From a virus (Duplodnaviria; Heunggongvirae; Uroviricota; Caudoviricetes), in the IMG/VR virus record IMGVR_UViG_2713896899_000007, positions 7,041 to 71,040 of that record: a stretch of 64,000 bases of DNA; one strand, given 5' to 3'. The notes beneath the pieces were generated by a model. That model searched no databases and was not told where the DNA came from. It worked only from the letters and a program-made list of their open reading frames with translations. This document shows positions 37,797 through 47,285 of the stretch, one piece after another; the first letter of the stretch is position 1, and each line of letters opens with the position of its first letter. The position numbers and the translations under genes were made by a program.

Positions 37797-38186
37797 CTAC
37801 ATCACAGGACAATCATCAAACTCGCCACTTCTTGCGTCGTTGATAATGTGAGTGATCACACCAAACACGGCATTGCTGCCCGTGCATCCATCGTCATCCT
37901 TTGGCAATGCTTCCTTCTTACCAGTTCTTAAATCCTCCAGATGCTGACGTGGATACTTCCGGTATCTTTTTACGCGATATTCCCCATCCAGAGCGCATAC
38001 AAGCAGAGAACCATCAACCGGGGTAAGTGAGGAATCGACCACCAGCAATGCGCCCTGCAATATTCCCTCACGATGATGGCTGTCAGCCGCTCTCATGAAG
38101 TAGGTCGCTGAAGGATGTCTAATTATCTGCTGATCAAGAGAAATACGGCTCTCAGCATAATCCGCCGCAGGAGAAGGGAAGCCCAT
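37797..38186 (-). CDS. humD: UmuD'-like S24 peptidase-fold protein lacking the cleavable N-terminus (phage P1 HumD-like)
   Basis: Starts MGFPSPAADY, which aligns to the residues just after the UmuD Cys24-Gly25 cleavage site. The Ser (ADSH) and Lys (VKRY) positions are retained. A LexA box lies upstream. Confidence 0.8.
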   Translation of the reverse strand: MGFPSPAADYAESRISLDQQIIRHPSATYFMRAADSHHREGILQGALLVVDSSLTPVDGSLLVCALDGEYRVKRYRKYPRQHLEDLRTGKKEALPKDDDGCTGSNAVFGVITHIINDARSGEFDDCPVM

Positions 38187-38202
38187 AGCGTTTTGCCCTC
38201 AA

Positions 38203-38222
38203 TACTGTTCATTTATACAGTA
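38203..38222 (-). promoter_or_regulatory. LexA (SOS) box TACTGTATAAATGAACAGTA
   Basis: Perfect CTG-N10-CAG with TA-rich spacer, 17 nt upstream of the humD-like ATG and overlapping -10-like TATACT/TATAAA. Confidence 0.8.
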
Positions 38223-38358
38223 TACATGAAAGAAGCTCACTCAGTGCAACTGATCGGTACATAGCACCAGACAAAGGAACATTATTTTCTCGAACAAGAA
38301 AAGGTAGAAAACAAATTGTTTAAGGCCACAGCTAGTGGCCTTAATGGAGAAGGGATGC

Positions 38359-38883
38359 TTATTGGCTATGGCTAAAAATCAAATGAGACACTTCATTTGG
38401 TTGTAGCTCGTCAAGATCCGGGGCCACAAAACCTTTTCCGAAAGACTTCACAAGTGATTCACCTGCCGCATCATTGTCACCTATTACGCGAAAGTCATAC
38501 GGCAGCATTGCCAGTTGACGACGTAATCCTGCTGAGAAAGTCGAACCTAACAGCGCCCACGAATTTCCGCCCGCGTTGTGCACTGCTGCACTTTTAAAAA
38601 TCGACTCAGTTATCCATATCGGTCCATCTTTTAAAGGAAGATAGGTTCCCCATAGTAGCTGTCTGCCGTGCGCACGTGTGAAATACCGGGCCATCTTCGG
38701 ATTGCTATGCTGCTTAGGAGCGCCTGGTCTGTATGTCTGATACCCGGCCAACATCCCATCAAACCTGTATAGAGGGAATGTAACAACTCCTTCGCTTTCA
38801 TCGATCCACTGTCTATATGGATGCACATCATGGCGGTAGTTACGAGTTAGCAAATGAGCTTCCAGCTTTCCAAATTTAGTCAT
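38359..38883 (-). CDS. Toprim-domain protein
   Basis: The ITESIFKS...VIGDNDAAGE pattern (E...DxD). ATG 38883 has a GAGGGA RBS. Confidence 0.6.
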   Translation of the reverse strand: MTKFGKLEAHLLTRNYRHDVHPYRQWIDESEGVVTFPLYRFDGMLAGYQTYRPGAPKQHSNPKMARYFTRAHGRQLLWGTYLPLKDGPIWITESIFKSAAVHNAGGNSWALLGSTFSAGLRRQLAMLPYDFRVIGDNDAAGESLVKSFGKGFVAPDLDELQPNEVSHLIFSHSQ

Positions 38884-38896
38884 AACTTCGCATCCC

Positions 38897-39751
38897 TCAT
38901 AACACTTCCCATTTATCACCATATTTCTCCATAGCTCTTAGCCAATAAACATGGCCACTAGGCATAGTGATGTGAGGCTCGCCAAACTCTTCTCCATGCA
39001 CATCAAAGATGTCCCCAACAGAGAATTGGGGGATTTCTGTGCCGTTTTCACCTATATGCGTAATTCGTATACGTTTCGGTTGAGATTCGCCCCCTTTGAG
39101 CGAGTTGTTCACGGCTCTTGCAATCTTCTCCCGCAATTGCTGCGTTCCGTGATACGTAACCGCAATATCCCTCAACTCGTTCACCAGTTCTCGAATCTGG
39201 TGATCTTTAAGCTCATTATTTGAGTGATTGGCAACAACTCTGGTTAATTCACCCTTGTCTTTTGCTCTTACGTATGCAGCTCTTGTGCATTCGACCCATG
39301 TATTACCGCCTACATTAACTTCGTAGATTAGGCTGGACTTATCTGTCAATTCGGAACAAATACGGGCCGTGGTCTGGCAACTAGAGCATTCGCAGTTATC
39401 GCGGAAACCGTGGTCTACTGGCTTCGGTTTCACATCATCAACTTTTTCTACCCTATTGGAATTTAAATACTTCGAAGCCTTGCTATGCCAATCGCTGGTT
39501 TTAGGATCTTGTCCATCCATCAAACGCCAGGCTTCAGCGATTAACTCATAACTAGTGACTGTAGCTTCCTGAGCATCACCAATAAGTCGTGTAATCTCTC
39601 TTTCAAGCCGACCGCCTAACTCCGTTTTAGTGCAATGTTCTGACCAATCGCCAGCCTCAAGAAGCGCGAGAATGTTTAAAATATCGTCCAATAGAACGGT
39701 AGTATTTTCGACTTCCTTCTGAAGCTCTCCGGCTGCTGATTTATGCGTCAT
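38897..39751 (-). CDS. hypothetical protein
   Basis: 284 aa ORF in the early operon. Confidence 0.6.
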   Translation of the reverse strand: MTHKSAAGELQKEVENTTVLLDDILNILALLEAGDWSEHCTKTELGGRLEREITRLIGDAQEATVTSYELIAEAWRLMDGQDPKTSDWHSKASKYLNSNRVEKVDDVKPKPVDHGFRDNCECSSCQTTARICSELTDKSSLIYEVNVGGNTWVECTRAAYVRAKDKGELTRVVANHSNNELKDHQIRELVNELRDIAVTYHGTQQLREKIARAVNNSLKGGESQPKRIRITHIGENGTEIPQFSVGDIFDVHGEEFGEPHITMPSGHVYWLRAMEKYGDKWEVL

Positions 39752-40002
39752 TCATCATCCTCATCACAGGTTGAGAGTAGTGGGTTAGTCATTCGTCCTA
39801 CTTGAGTGGCGTAGCCACGCCGACAGAGATTGCGCAGCACACTGTATATTTCGAACATCTCGGTTCGTTCATCGCCAACATCAAGCTCAGATGCCATAGC
39901 GTGGCATTCAGCCGCGAGAGCCGATATTTTCTGAAATAACTCTGCTTTATTCACTGTTCGACTCCTGCGGCGGTTCTGGTAGTGGCATCCAGTGTGTGAC
40001 AT
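39748..40002 (-). CDS. hypothetical protein
   Basis: 84 aa, ATGA-type overlap. Confidence 0.45.
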   Translation of the reverse strand: MSHTGCHYQNRRRSRTVNKAELFQKISALAAECHAMASELDVGDERTEMFEIYSVLRNLCRRGYATQVGRMTNPLLSTCDEDDE

Positions 40003-40246
40003 TGCTAATCAGACCATATTCATTAGTTTGAGGATGATTGCCGTTATCGTCTCCGTATTTAAGACTCTCCATAAAGCCATAATGCCTATCACCATTAACG
40101 CTCACAAAGCCGTAATAAGCAGGTATAACGCCGATCTCACACGTAACCAGCAAAGGAAAACTAGTTCTCCAATTTAGCTCGCCGATTACAGGCATCTGCT
40201 CACTACAGCTTATCCAACCATCAGGAGTAACCGGATAGTTGCGCAT
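39947..40246 (-). CDS. DUF551-like protein
   Basis: The C-terminal ...VTHWMPLPEPP motif is typical of DUF551 as I recall it. Confidence 0.6.
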   Translation of the reverse strand: MRNYPVTPDGWISCSEQMPVIGELNWRTSFPLLVTCEIGVIPAYYGFVSVNGDRHYGFMESLKYGDDNGNHPQTNEYGLISNVTHWMPLPEPPQESNSE

Positions 40247-40545
40247 TGCGACCTTAAATGCCTCATTTTCAGATTATTGAACTGACGCCCGTTTAGAGGG
40301 CCATGTTCTGTCAACATGTTGTGTAATTTCCATGCCGCGTCGTTAACTTCGTTGGATGATCTGGGAGGCAACTTGCAAGTTTGGCTTACAGGTTCTGCAC
40401 TATCAGCTTCGCGCCGCTTCTGTAGCTCTGCTGCCATCGCTCTCACGACTTCAACTGGTGCCCTTGCAGCAAACTCTATGTTGGTGATCAGCTCATTAAG
40501 ATATTGCTCGCCTGGATACTGTTTCTTATCGGTTATAGTAGTCAT
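40210..40545 (-). CDS. hypothetical protein
   Basis: ATG 40545 directly follows the upstream stop. Confidence 0.5.
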   Translation of the reverse strand: MTTITDKKQYPGEQYLNELITNIEFAARAPVEVVRAMAAELQKRREADSAEPVSQTCKLPPRSSNEVNDAAWKLHNMLTEHGPLNGRQFNNLKMRHLRSQCATIRLLLMVG

Positions 40546-40546
40546 A

Positions 40547-40969
40547 TCACTCTCCTTTTCCCTGAAGCATAGCGGCACGGCAGGCGTTCCATCCATCTGC
40601 GTAACAATCTCTGTGCGTCTTGAAATTTGTCACCGCTCTTGGTACATCCTTTACATCTATTTCATCAGGCACAATCGGCGCTGGAGGGGCTGCGTAGACC
40701 TCAATAACTCCATTATCAATAGGCCACTCCCCATCCTTGATGTAGTCACTTGTGCCGTCAACTTGCTGTTCTGCAATGTGGAATGCACCTATTGGTTTTG
40801 CTTCCAGCGAGGCCAGTGCAATTCGTGCCAGTTTTAGATCTCGTTCAACCATCTCAATAACAACTTTGCAGTCCGCACCTTCTTTACTAACACGTCCTTT
40901 CAAGTCTTCCAGATAACTAACGCTTTCGCGTGCATGGGAGATTAACTGTTCTTTGGTTAAGGTGGTCAT
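40547..40969 (-). CDS. ead/Ea22-like protein
   Basis: Coiled-coil N-terminus and a C-terminal ...CYADGWNACRAAMLQ motif common in lambdoid Ea22-region proteins (from memory). Confidence 0.5.
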   Translation of the reverse strand: MTTLTKEQLISHARESVSYLEDLKGRVSKEGADCKVVIEMVERDLKLARIALASLEAKPIGAFHIAEQQVDGTSDYIKDGEWPIDNGVIEVYAAPPAPIVPDEIDVKDVPRAVTNFKTHRDCYADGWNACRAAMLQGKGE

Positions 40970-41154
40970 TAGGCAGCTCTCTCAACAACAAGCAATTCGT
41001 CGTAGTCATAATCAGTTTCGGAACCATCCGTACCGAACAGAGTCACTTTGTCATCTTCCATCCAAAAAGATTTAACCGCACATTGTTGACCTTTAGATGT
41101 TATGAGCACATCACCAGGGATTACGTCTTCAGCGCGAACTTCTAGTGTTCTCAT
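40969..41154 (-). CDS. hypothetical protein
   Basis: 61 aa, coupled starts and stops. Confidence 0.45.
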   Translation of the reverse strand: MRTLEVRAEDVIPGDVLITSKGQQCAVKSFWMEDDKVTLFGTDGSETDYDYDELLVVERAA

Positions 41155-41696
41155 CGTGCTGACCCCTCTTTGGTTAAAATGCCTGCTGCAATGCTGTTTA
41201 TGATGCTGTCAGTGCATGGAGTAGAAAGCTGGGCATCTCCAGCAATTTTCATGACTTCGACATCCGCATATCGAATACCGAGGTGTATCAGACCTGCTAT
41301 ACCTGACTTAAGTCGAACATTTTCCATAAACAGATCCTTTTCCCGCTGTTTAACGGTCTCCAGCTCAACACGCAGTTTCTCAAGCGTTAGGGCCATCTCT
41401 ACGTTCTCCTGCTCAAGACGTCGGATGTGTTGCTGTCTTTTATCCATTTCGTCCAGCAGTGCAATCACATCGGGATCACTATCATCAACTACTGTTACGC
41501 GTGATTTTTCATAATGTTCGTCTGCAAAAGTACGCCCTATCTTAAAATATCCGTCATCACCCTCACCGGAACAGGCATAAACAACATGTGCTCCAGATAT
41601 GCGCTGTATTGACATTTCCTCGCCACAAACAGAGCATTTAGGCGCTGGTTTTGGTGAATAACGTTCACGTAACGTCAGGTAGTAAATCTCGCTCAC
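41151..41696 (-). CDS. ead/Ea22-like protein (zinc ribbon + coiled coil)
   Basis: CSVCGEEM...YAC followed by a long heptad region. Confidence 0.55.
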   Translation of the reverse strand: MSEIYYLTLRERYSPKPAPKCSVCGEEMSIQRISGAHVVYACSGEGDDGYFKIGRTFADEHYEKSRVTVVDDSDPDVIALLDEMDKRQQHIRRLEQENVEMALTLEKLRVELETVKQREKDLFMENVRLKSGIAGLIHLGIRYADVEVMKIAGDAQLSTPCTDSIINSIAAGILTKEGSAR

Positions 41697-42148
41697 TGTT
41701 TATTTCCTTTGCGAAGATCAGCGGCGAAGGCTACTGCGTGATCATGATGTTCAAGTGTGTATGCACACTCAGCAAACATCTCCACGCCCTGCGCACGTAC
41801 TTCAGCCAGAAAAGCATCGGTGGCTGGAGTCTCCGTTAATTCGCTAACCCAATTATCTCCGTGTTCCTCGGCACACATCGCATCGAATGCTCGCTCAGAT
41901 TCTTTCAGGGCTGCATTCTCCGCCGCTAATGCGTCTCTCTGCGCCCGCAACTTCTCAATTTCGGCAGCCATGTAGTAACCAACCATAGCGAAAGTGGCGA
42001 AAGGGTAGTCCGAATCATCAGGAGATACGGAGGCCATTAGCAGACCATCGTGCATGTTCTGGCTTCCATCAGTGATAGATACCGCATAAGAATCGCTGGT
42101 TTCCCGCTTATACAATACGACGACCGGGTTCTTGATTTTCTCTCTCAT
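41693..42148 (-). CDS. ead/Ea22-like protein
   Basis: ETPATDAFLAEVRAQGVEMFA motif. Confidence 0.55.
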   Translation of the reverse strand: MREKIKNPVVVLYKRETSDSYAVSITDGSQNMHDGLLMASVSPDDSDYPFATFAMVGYYMAAEIEKLRAQRDALAAENAALKESERAFDAMCAEEHGDNWVSELTETPATDAFLAEVRAQGVEMFAECAYTLEHHDHAVAFAADLRKGNKQ

Positions 42149-42690
42149 TACGATGCCTCTAACTTGTCTAACTCTTTCAGCCCTTCACGTACCGCGTTCA
42201 CAATGCGTTCCAGATACTGGTATTTCGGGTTTGGTACCGTTGGCCAGTCGGCATACCACGGATCATCACCAAAGAGATTCAGTAGTTTGTTACCGACGCC
42301 GAAACAGCAGCAGCTTTCTTTTACGTCATCGGCGTTTTCCGCCTCGTCCCACATTTCGCGAGCCAGTACGGCGTCTATTTCTCTCTCTCTTCGTAACTTT
42401 ATGATTTCTGACTTCACGAAAAGCAGATTTGCATCGTTGTCATCGTCGACCGTGCTTCGCAGTTGAGGGTCGAAATAGCCGATTAGATACTCGTTGCTGA
42501 CCCGCTTAATGAACGTCTGCACATCATCACCGCCCATAGCAAACCAAGCCGCAGTCCACGCTTTTCCGTAGCAGGTGATGGTGATTCTTCCCTTACCAGG
42601 TTCGTAGTTTTCAATCATCACTCGAACCGGATCGAGGCGTTCCAGATCCGTCAGCACAAAGGAAAGAACATCTATTTTTTCGATCTTCAT
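42148..42690 (-). CDS. hypothetical protein
   Basis: ATG 42690 overlaps the HD gene stop (ATGA). GGGAGG RBS. Confidence 0.55.
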   Translation of the reverse strand: MKIEKIDVLSFVLTDLERLDPVRVMIENYEPGKGRITITCYGKAWTAAWFAMGGDDVQTFIKRVSNEYLIGYFDPQLRSTVDDDNDANLLFVKSEIIKLRREREIDAVLAREMWDEAENADDVKESCCCFGVGNKLLNLFGDDPWYADWPTVPNPKYQYLERIVNAVREGLKELDKLEAS

Positions 42691-43328
42691 GCAGCCTCCC
42701 ACGCGCTCCAGATCAGCGATTTGTGTTTTTCATAACGTTTGATGTGTACCGGTTTCAGAAGCGCAATACCTTCAGTGACTTTCGCCATTGCGCTTAATAA
42801 CAACGGGTGTTCTATACCTATCCTCTCCATGTACTCGACAACATCAGCGTTGGCACCAATCTCCTTCCCGTTAAAAAGTACGTCCAGCATCAGCTCTTTC
42901 TCTGCAAGGTAGATAGCTGAAAACTCAGGATCGCGACTCACGATAGAAGAGGTATTGTCGAGCAGGTCAGCCAGCTTGATCATGCGCGTCTGCATGTCGA
43001 GATTTTGCTCCAGCTCCCGGACATTGATGATGAAACGCTGTATTCGATTGCCGTCTTCTGGCCTTGCGATGTTGGTCAGAGCCTGAACCATTTCAGCTAC
43101 GCGCTCACCGAAGTGATCACGAACCATCTCTATGGTTACATTGGTGTCTTCGACCACATCATGCAGAAGCGCCGCGATTTGCATCTCCACGGTTCCGTCA
43201 TGCAATGCAACAATCTCTCGGACAGCAACCGGGTGGTTGATGTAGTCTTCGCCGGTATATTTTCTTTTCTGACCAACGCCACCATGAGCGCCAGCGGCGA
43301 ACATATGTGCTTCGGAAATACTAGACAT
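42687..43328 (-). CDS. HD-domain (SpoT/Mesh1-like small alarmone hydrolase family) protein
   Basis: GEDYINHPVAVREIV...AALLHDVVEDT...RMIKLADLLDN. The HD dyad is intact. Confidence 0.8.
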   Translation of the reverse strand: MSSISEAHMFAAGAHGGVGQKRKYTGEDYINHPVAVREIVALHDGTVEMQIAALLHDVVEDTNVTIEMVRDHFGERVAEMVQALTNIARPEDGNRIQRFIINVRELEQNLDMQTRMIKLADLLDNTSSIVSRDPEFSAIYLAEKELMLDVLFNGKEIGANADVVEYMERIGIEHPLLLSAMAKVTEGIALLKPVHIKRYEKHKSLIWSAWEAA

Positions 43329-43447
43329 TCTTAACTCCGTTGTTTTCTAGTTGTGGTTATTTTCACAAATAAGAAAAGGTAGAAAACAATTTATTTAAGG
43401 CCACAACTTATGGCCTTTATTTATTCATGCAGAAGAATTTGTAGCGT

Positions 43448-43828
43448 CTAATTGCCGGATAAAATGGGGTGAGGTGCTTGCCAGTAGGCTCCACCGTTCC
43501 ATGTGAACCCCATGCGAATAAGAGTGTTTATTGCGGCTTTGGTAGACTCCGATTCGACACTGGCTTTTCGAAACTCTTGAACCTCTTTCGCCAACTTGTA
43601 TGTAATTGTGCAGGGTACGATTGCAGCCCAGCCTTTCTCATGACTGTTAATGACCATCTGGATGTGACCATCCAGAATAGGTTGATCAGGCATGTTATTG
43701 AAAACGTCTGCCTGTTTTTGAATGTGAAGAAAAAGCCTTGCCAGCTCCATTTGCTCACTACGAGACAAGGGATTATCAAGAGGGCTTTTTGCAAAAGCGG
43801 CTATACGCTGTGCGTCAATGCCAAACAT
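43448..43828 (-). CDS. hypothetical protein
   Basis: 126 aa ORF. Confidence 0.5.
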   Translation of the reverse strand: MFGIDAQRIAAFAKSPLDNPLSRSEQMELARLFLHIQKQADVFNNMPDQPILDGHIQMVINSHEKGWAAIVPCTITYKLAKEVQEFRKASVESESTKAAINTLIRMGFTWNGGAYWQAPHPILSGN

Positions 43829-44532
43829 CAGCGCACCTCACCATCTTTATGGCTGGAGTTAACTTCCGCCATTAAATGTCTGACGTAATCGACAAGAGAG
43901 CCACCTGGTGGAATCTGGCATTCCTCAACTAACTGGAAGTAGATATCCGCTGCATTACGTGTATTGCTACCCGCGCATATTCTTTCTTCCCGAAGTGCAT
44001 GAAGCTCGTTGACCAAACGGTCACACTCTCCGTTACGCTGATCCACAACGGCCTCAAGCTCTGCGACGCGTTCACCTGGCGTCTTACCTTCTTTGCGTTG
44101 GATGGTAACGACGAAATCGCCAATTGCAGGGACGTTGTAATCCAGCTCAAGGTAGTTTTTGGCACCGCTGCGGACGAACTCACCCGCGAACATGGTGGCG
44201 AACATCGCAGAGGCCACTTCGCCGTTGAAAAGTGACTCCAGATCTAACGGAGTCCCGGCAGCAATAGCCTCTTTTGCTGTATCCATTGCATCCATGAACC
44301 GATCAAACTCACTAGCGCGCTTTTCCAGGTCTTTCCATTGCTCGCTCCAACGTTTGGCAACGAAGTCTATGAATGTTTTCGCGGATTCATCAAAATTCCC
44401 CTCAAACTTAACGATGCCTTTATCAATAATGATCTGGCCTACCGCATCCTCTGCATAACCTTTCAATGTAAACTTGAAAGGAAAATCAGAATGGCCTGTG
44501 ACGTTAAAATGCTCTAACTGGAGGTCGTTCAT
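43828..44532 (-). CDS. hypothetical protein
   Basis: 234 aa ORF. Confidence 0.55.
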   Translation of the reverse strand: MNDLQLEHFNVTGHSDFPFKFTLKGYAEDAVGQIIIDKGIVKFEGNFDESAKTFIDFVAKRWSEQWKDLEKRASEFDRFMDAMDTAKEAIAAGTPLDLESLFNGEVASAMFATMFAGEFVRSGAKNYLELDYNVPAIGDFVVTIQRKEGKTPGERVAELEAVVDQRNGECDRLVNELHALREERICAGSNTRNAADIYFQLVEECQIPPGGSLVDYVRHLMAEVNSSHKDGEVR

Positions 44533-44593
44533 GTGTTTTTCTCTTATCGTTTAGTTACTACATTCTTACACAAATTAAGTAAGTATTTACCTA

Positions 44594-46279
44594 TCATTTA
44601 ACGCGTTTGAAAACGTATACGCTGACTGTGATCCCTGTGTCTTCAAACTCGTTGGTAAACGACTTCCCTCTGGCATAAACGTAATTATCCATCGTCATCC
44701 AGTCCAGTATTGGCGCAGTGCCCGGCAATACTGCTACAAGACGCCCGCCGACTTTCAGATGCCCCAGCGCAGCCATCGTGTGCTCTCTATGACGACCAAG
44801 CGAGTACGGCGGGTTCATAACGATTTTGTCGAACTGATAACCTGCGTTGTCCTCAGACCACTTTATGAAGTCGCAGCAAATCGTGTTCGTATACCCTTTT
44901 CCACGCAGGATATCAGCGAAGAGAGGTGCGATTTCTATGCAGGTAACATCTTCCAGATCGGCGTTAATATAGGCCAGAAGATCCCCACGTCCGGCTTGAG
45001 GCTCCAGCAGCTTCTCACCAGGCTTCAATTCAGTGGCTCTGGCAACGTACTCAGCAATCAAGCGTGGGGTAGGGTAGAACTGGTGTGATTTTGTATCCGG
45101 TATTAAACCGGTAGCCACAATCGTATTTAGCGTATGGCCGATGTCATACGGGAACTGCCAGTGCTTTTTCTCCTGCACGCCGCCAATGAAGCTCAGTGTG
45201 CGCTCAAGCTCTTCCACCTGCGACTTCTGGAGAGCTGAATCAGAGAAGTACCATACGCCTTTGTCTTTGCTCAATCGCCCGTCACGAAGCGCAGTGCGAA
45301 CCGGCACGGAGATCGTCTTCTGGATTAACCCGAACTGCTTTGGTGCCCGTGTTTTTGGCGCAGTGCGGCATGGCGCGGGGATTGCAGCAGGCATACTGTA
45401 AGCCAGCACCTCATTCAACTTCCAGGCCACGTCAGGATGTATTTCAAAGTGAACGTTGCCGTTCTTGAACATCTTCACGCGCATCAGATTTCCATCGACG
45501 TTCATCCAGTCACCGGTCTGGCAGTCGTTTGCCCGATACGCAGCTGATAGCACCTCAGCAGTGCGGTTGATGGTAATAAATTCTTTGTGCGCGAAGAAAT
45601 GAAGCAAGACACGCAGATCGTCGATGTAGTCCTCTTTGCGATAGTTCACGCTAACGCTGTCCCGCCAGAAATCAGAAATGCAGTCAGCGATTATCAGCCG
45701 CTCGCTGAAACCGTTTGTCTTATTCGTCTTGTGCGCAGGACTCAGCGCCTTAAACAAGCCATACACGCGCTCAGAGAGATATTTGTGCCTGTCATTCAGC
45801 AAATTAAGCATCGTGGGTATGACCGTTTCTGCTTTGAACTCCGGTACACCAACGAACTCTTTAACCTTCATCTGGTAGCCGGTTCTGTCAGTTTTGATGA
45901 CTTCCTGTTTGCCCTCTATAAACTGCTCGCGCCACTCATCTCGACGGGAAGCTGGCATGATCAGCAAAACGTTAGTCATGTCCGTGACCTTCCTCCAGTA
46001 CTCGGCCCAAATATTCTGTTTCACCCATTCCAGATCGACTTTATCCAACCAACCTCGATTTAAACGCGAGCGATCTTCATCTGGTCGATGGTTTAGTCGC
46101 AGCAGGCGATTAATCATGTTGTGGCGTTCGTCGCCATAAACGAAGTCGTGTACCTGATACATGAAGGCGATCTCTTTCTCGCACTCGGCCACGATTTCGT
46201 GGATGACATTCATTTCCTGACGATAGTCGATAGCCGTGTTTGAGCTGGCATCGTCGATGATGGAAAGGGCTGTATTCAT
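44594..46279 (-). CDS. N6-adenine-type DNA methyltransferase with large N-terminal domain (DUF4942-like)
   Basis: Motif I LEPQAGRG and motif IV NPPY in the C-terminal third. Confidence 0.7.
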   Translation of the reverse strand: MNTALSIIDDASSNTAIDYRQEMNVIHEIVAECEKEIAFMYQVHDFVYGDERHNMINRLLRLNHRPDEDRSRLNRGWLDKVDLEWVKQNIWAEYWRKVTDMTNVLLIMPASRRDEWREQFIEGKQEVIKTDRTGYQMKVKEFVGVPEFKAETVIPTMLNLLNDRHKYLSERVYGLFKALSPAHKTNKTNGFSERLIIADCISDFWRDSVSVNYRKEDYIDDLRVLLHFFAHKEFITINRTAEVLSAAYRANDCQTGDWMNVDGNLMRVKMFKNGNVHFEIHPDVAWKLNEVLAYSMPAAIPAPCRTAPKTRAPKQFGLIQKTISVPVRTALRDGRLSKDKGVWYFSDSALQKSQVEELERTLSFIGGVQEKKHWQFPYDIGHTLNTIVATGLIPDTKSHQFYPTPRLIAEYVARATELKPGEKLLEPQAGRGDLLAYINADLEDVTCIEIAPLFADILRGKGYTNTICCDFIKWSEDNAGYQFDKIVMNPPYSLGRHREHTMAALGHLKVGGRLVAVLPGTAPILDWMTMDNYVYARGKSFTNEFEDTGITVSVYVFKRVK

Positions 46280-46289
46280 AATTACACCA

Positions 46290-46325
46290 TTAAATAATTT
46301 GTTTTCTTATTGGTGTAATTATCGC
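46290..46325 (-). promoter_or_regulatory. conserved early promoter/leader element
   Basis: Minus strand reads GCGATAATTACACCAATAAGAAAACAAATTATTTAA. Confidence 0.55.
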
Positions 46326-46420
46326 AAACTTGAAAAGGCATAAAAGCTGCATTCATAGGCGTTACAGCAGATTTAAGGCGTAAAAATGGGGGCTTTCGCC
46401 CCCTGTCGACTGGTGCAGTA

Positions 46421-46987
46421 TTAGAGTGCGTATTGCGTTTTGTGCGGCTGCTTATTCAAGTCATGGCGATGCGTGAGCTCCCGCATCATGTCTTCAAGGC
46501 GACTCTTTGTGTCGTCGAGCTGGTCGGCCATTGCACCTAAAAGCTGGCGAACGGCCATCGGATTGTCGCTGTTTAGTGATGGCATTTTATAACCTGCTTT
46601 AGAAGACATAAGGTTAATTGCAGACATCAACATCGTTAGAGAGGATTTAAGCCCGGCAATTTCACGATCTTTGCTGGCAATAATCGTCTCACTTTTGTTA
46701 CCGTCATGAGTTCCTTGAGTCTCGCTCACCATATCCAAAGTCGCTTGCAACTTATCGGCTCTCTCTTTTTCAGCAAGGTAATGAACGCCGAAATGATGTG
46801 CTAAAGCTACAACCTGAGTTGGTTCTTCAAAGGTGGAATTAAAATTAAGTACTGTAAACAGTCTCTCAAATATGGAAACGTCTTCTGTTCCCCGAACAAT
46901 GCCTAACATTTTGACAAGTTCATTAGCATCCATTTCTTCGAATAGGGCGTTTTGTTCATCAGCTATTGCTTTGCATTTCTCGCACAT
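46421..46987 (-). CDS. hypothetical protein
   Basis: 188 aa ORF. Promoter element at 47004-47037. Confidence 0.55.
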   Translation of the reverse strand: MCEKCKAIADEQNALFEEMDANELVKMLGIVRGTEDVSIFERLFTVLNFNSTFEEPTQVVALAHHFGVHYLAEKERADKLQATLDMVSETQGTHDGNKSETIIASKDREIAGLKSSLTMLMSAINLMSSKAGYKMPSLNSDNPMAVRQLLGAMADQLDDTKSRLEDMMRELTHRHDLNKQPHKTQYAL

Positions 46988-47126
46988 GTGTTTTCCTTAA
47001 TGCTTAAACAAGTTGTTTTCTTATTGGCTTTATTGTGATGTGGCATATAAGGGGAGCAAGCTAAACGTAAAGGTGCAAACTCTCTATTTTGGTCAACGAA
47101 ACACAAGGGCCATTTGGCCCTTGTCA

Positions 47127-47285
47127 TTAACACTTTGCTTTACGGACTAGCGGATAGGCGAAGTAGATCGCCAAACCAATGAGGACGCCATCAGAAATGA
47201 CAGACATCATCTTTCCCGTAAAATCCACCAACACCGCCATCACCAGAAGAGCAATGACGGTCACAAGCCGGAATCTCTCAAGCAT
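47127..47285 (-). CDS. small two-TM membrane protein (52 aa, not in ORF track)
   Basis: My translation gives MLERFRLVTVIALLVMAVLVDFTGKMMSVISDGVLIGLAIYFAYPLVRKAKC. The ATG overlaps the TerB stop (TAATG). Followed by hairpin 47103-47124. Confidence 0.4.
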   Translation of the reverse strand: MLERFRLVTVIALLVMAVLVDFTGKMMSVISDGVLIGLAIYFAYPLVRKAKC

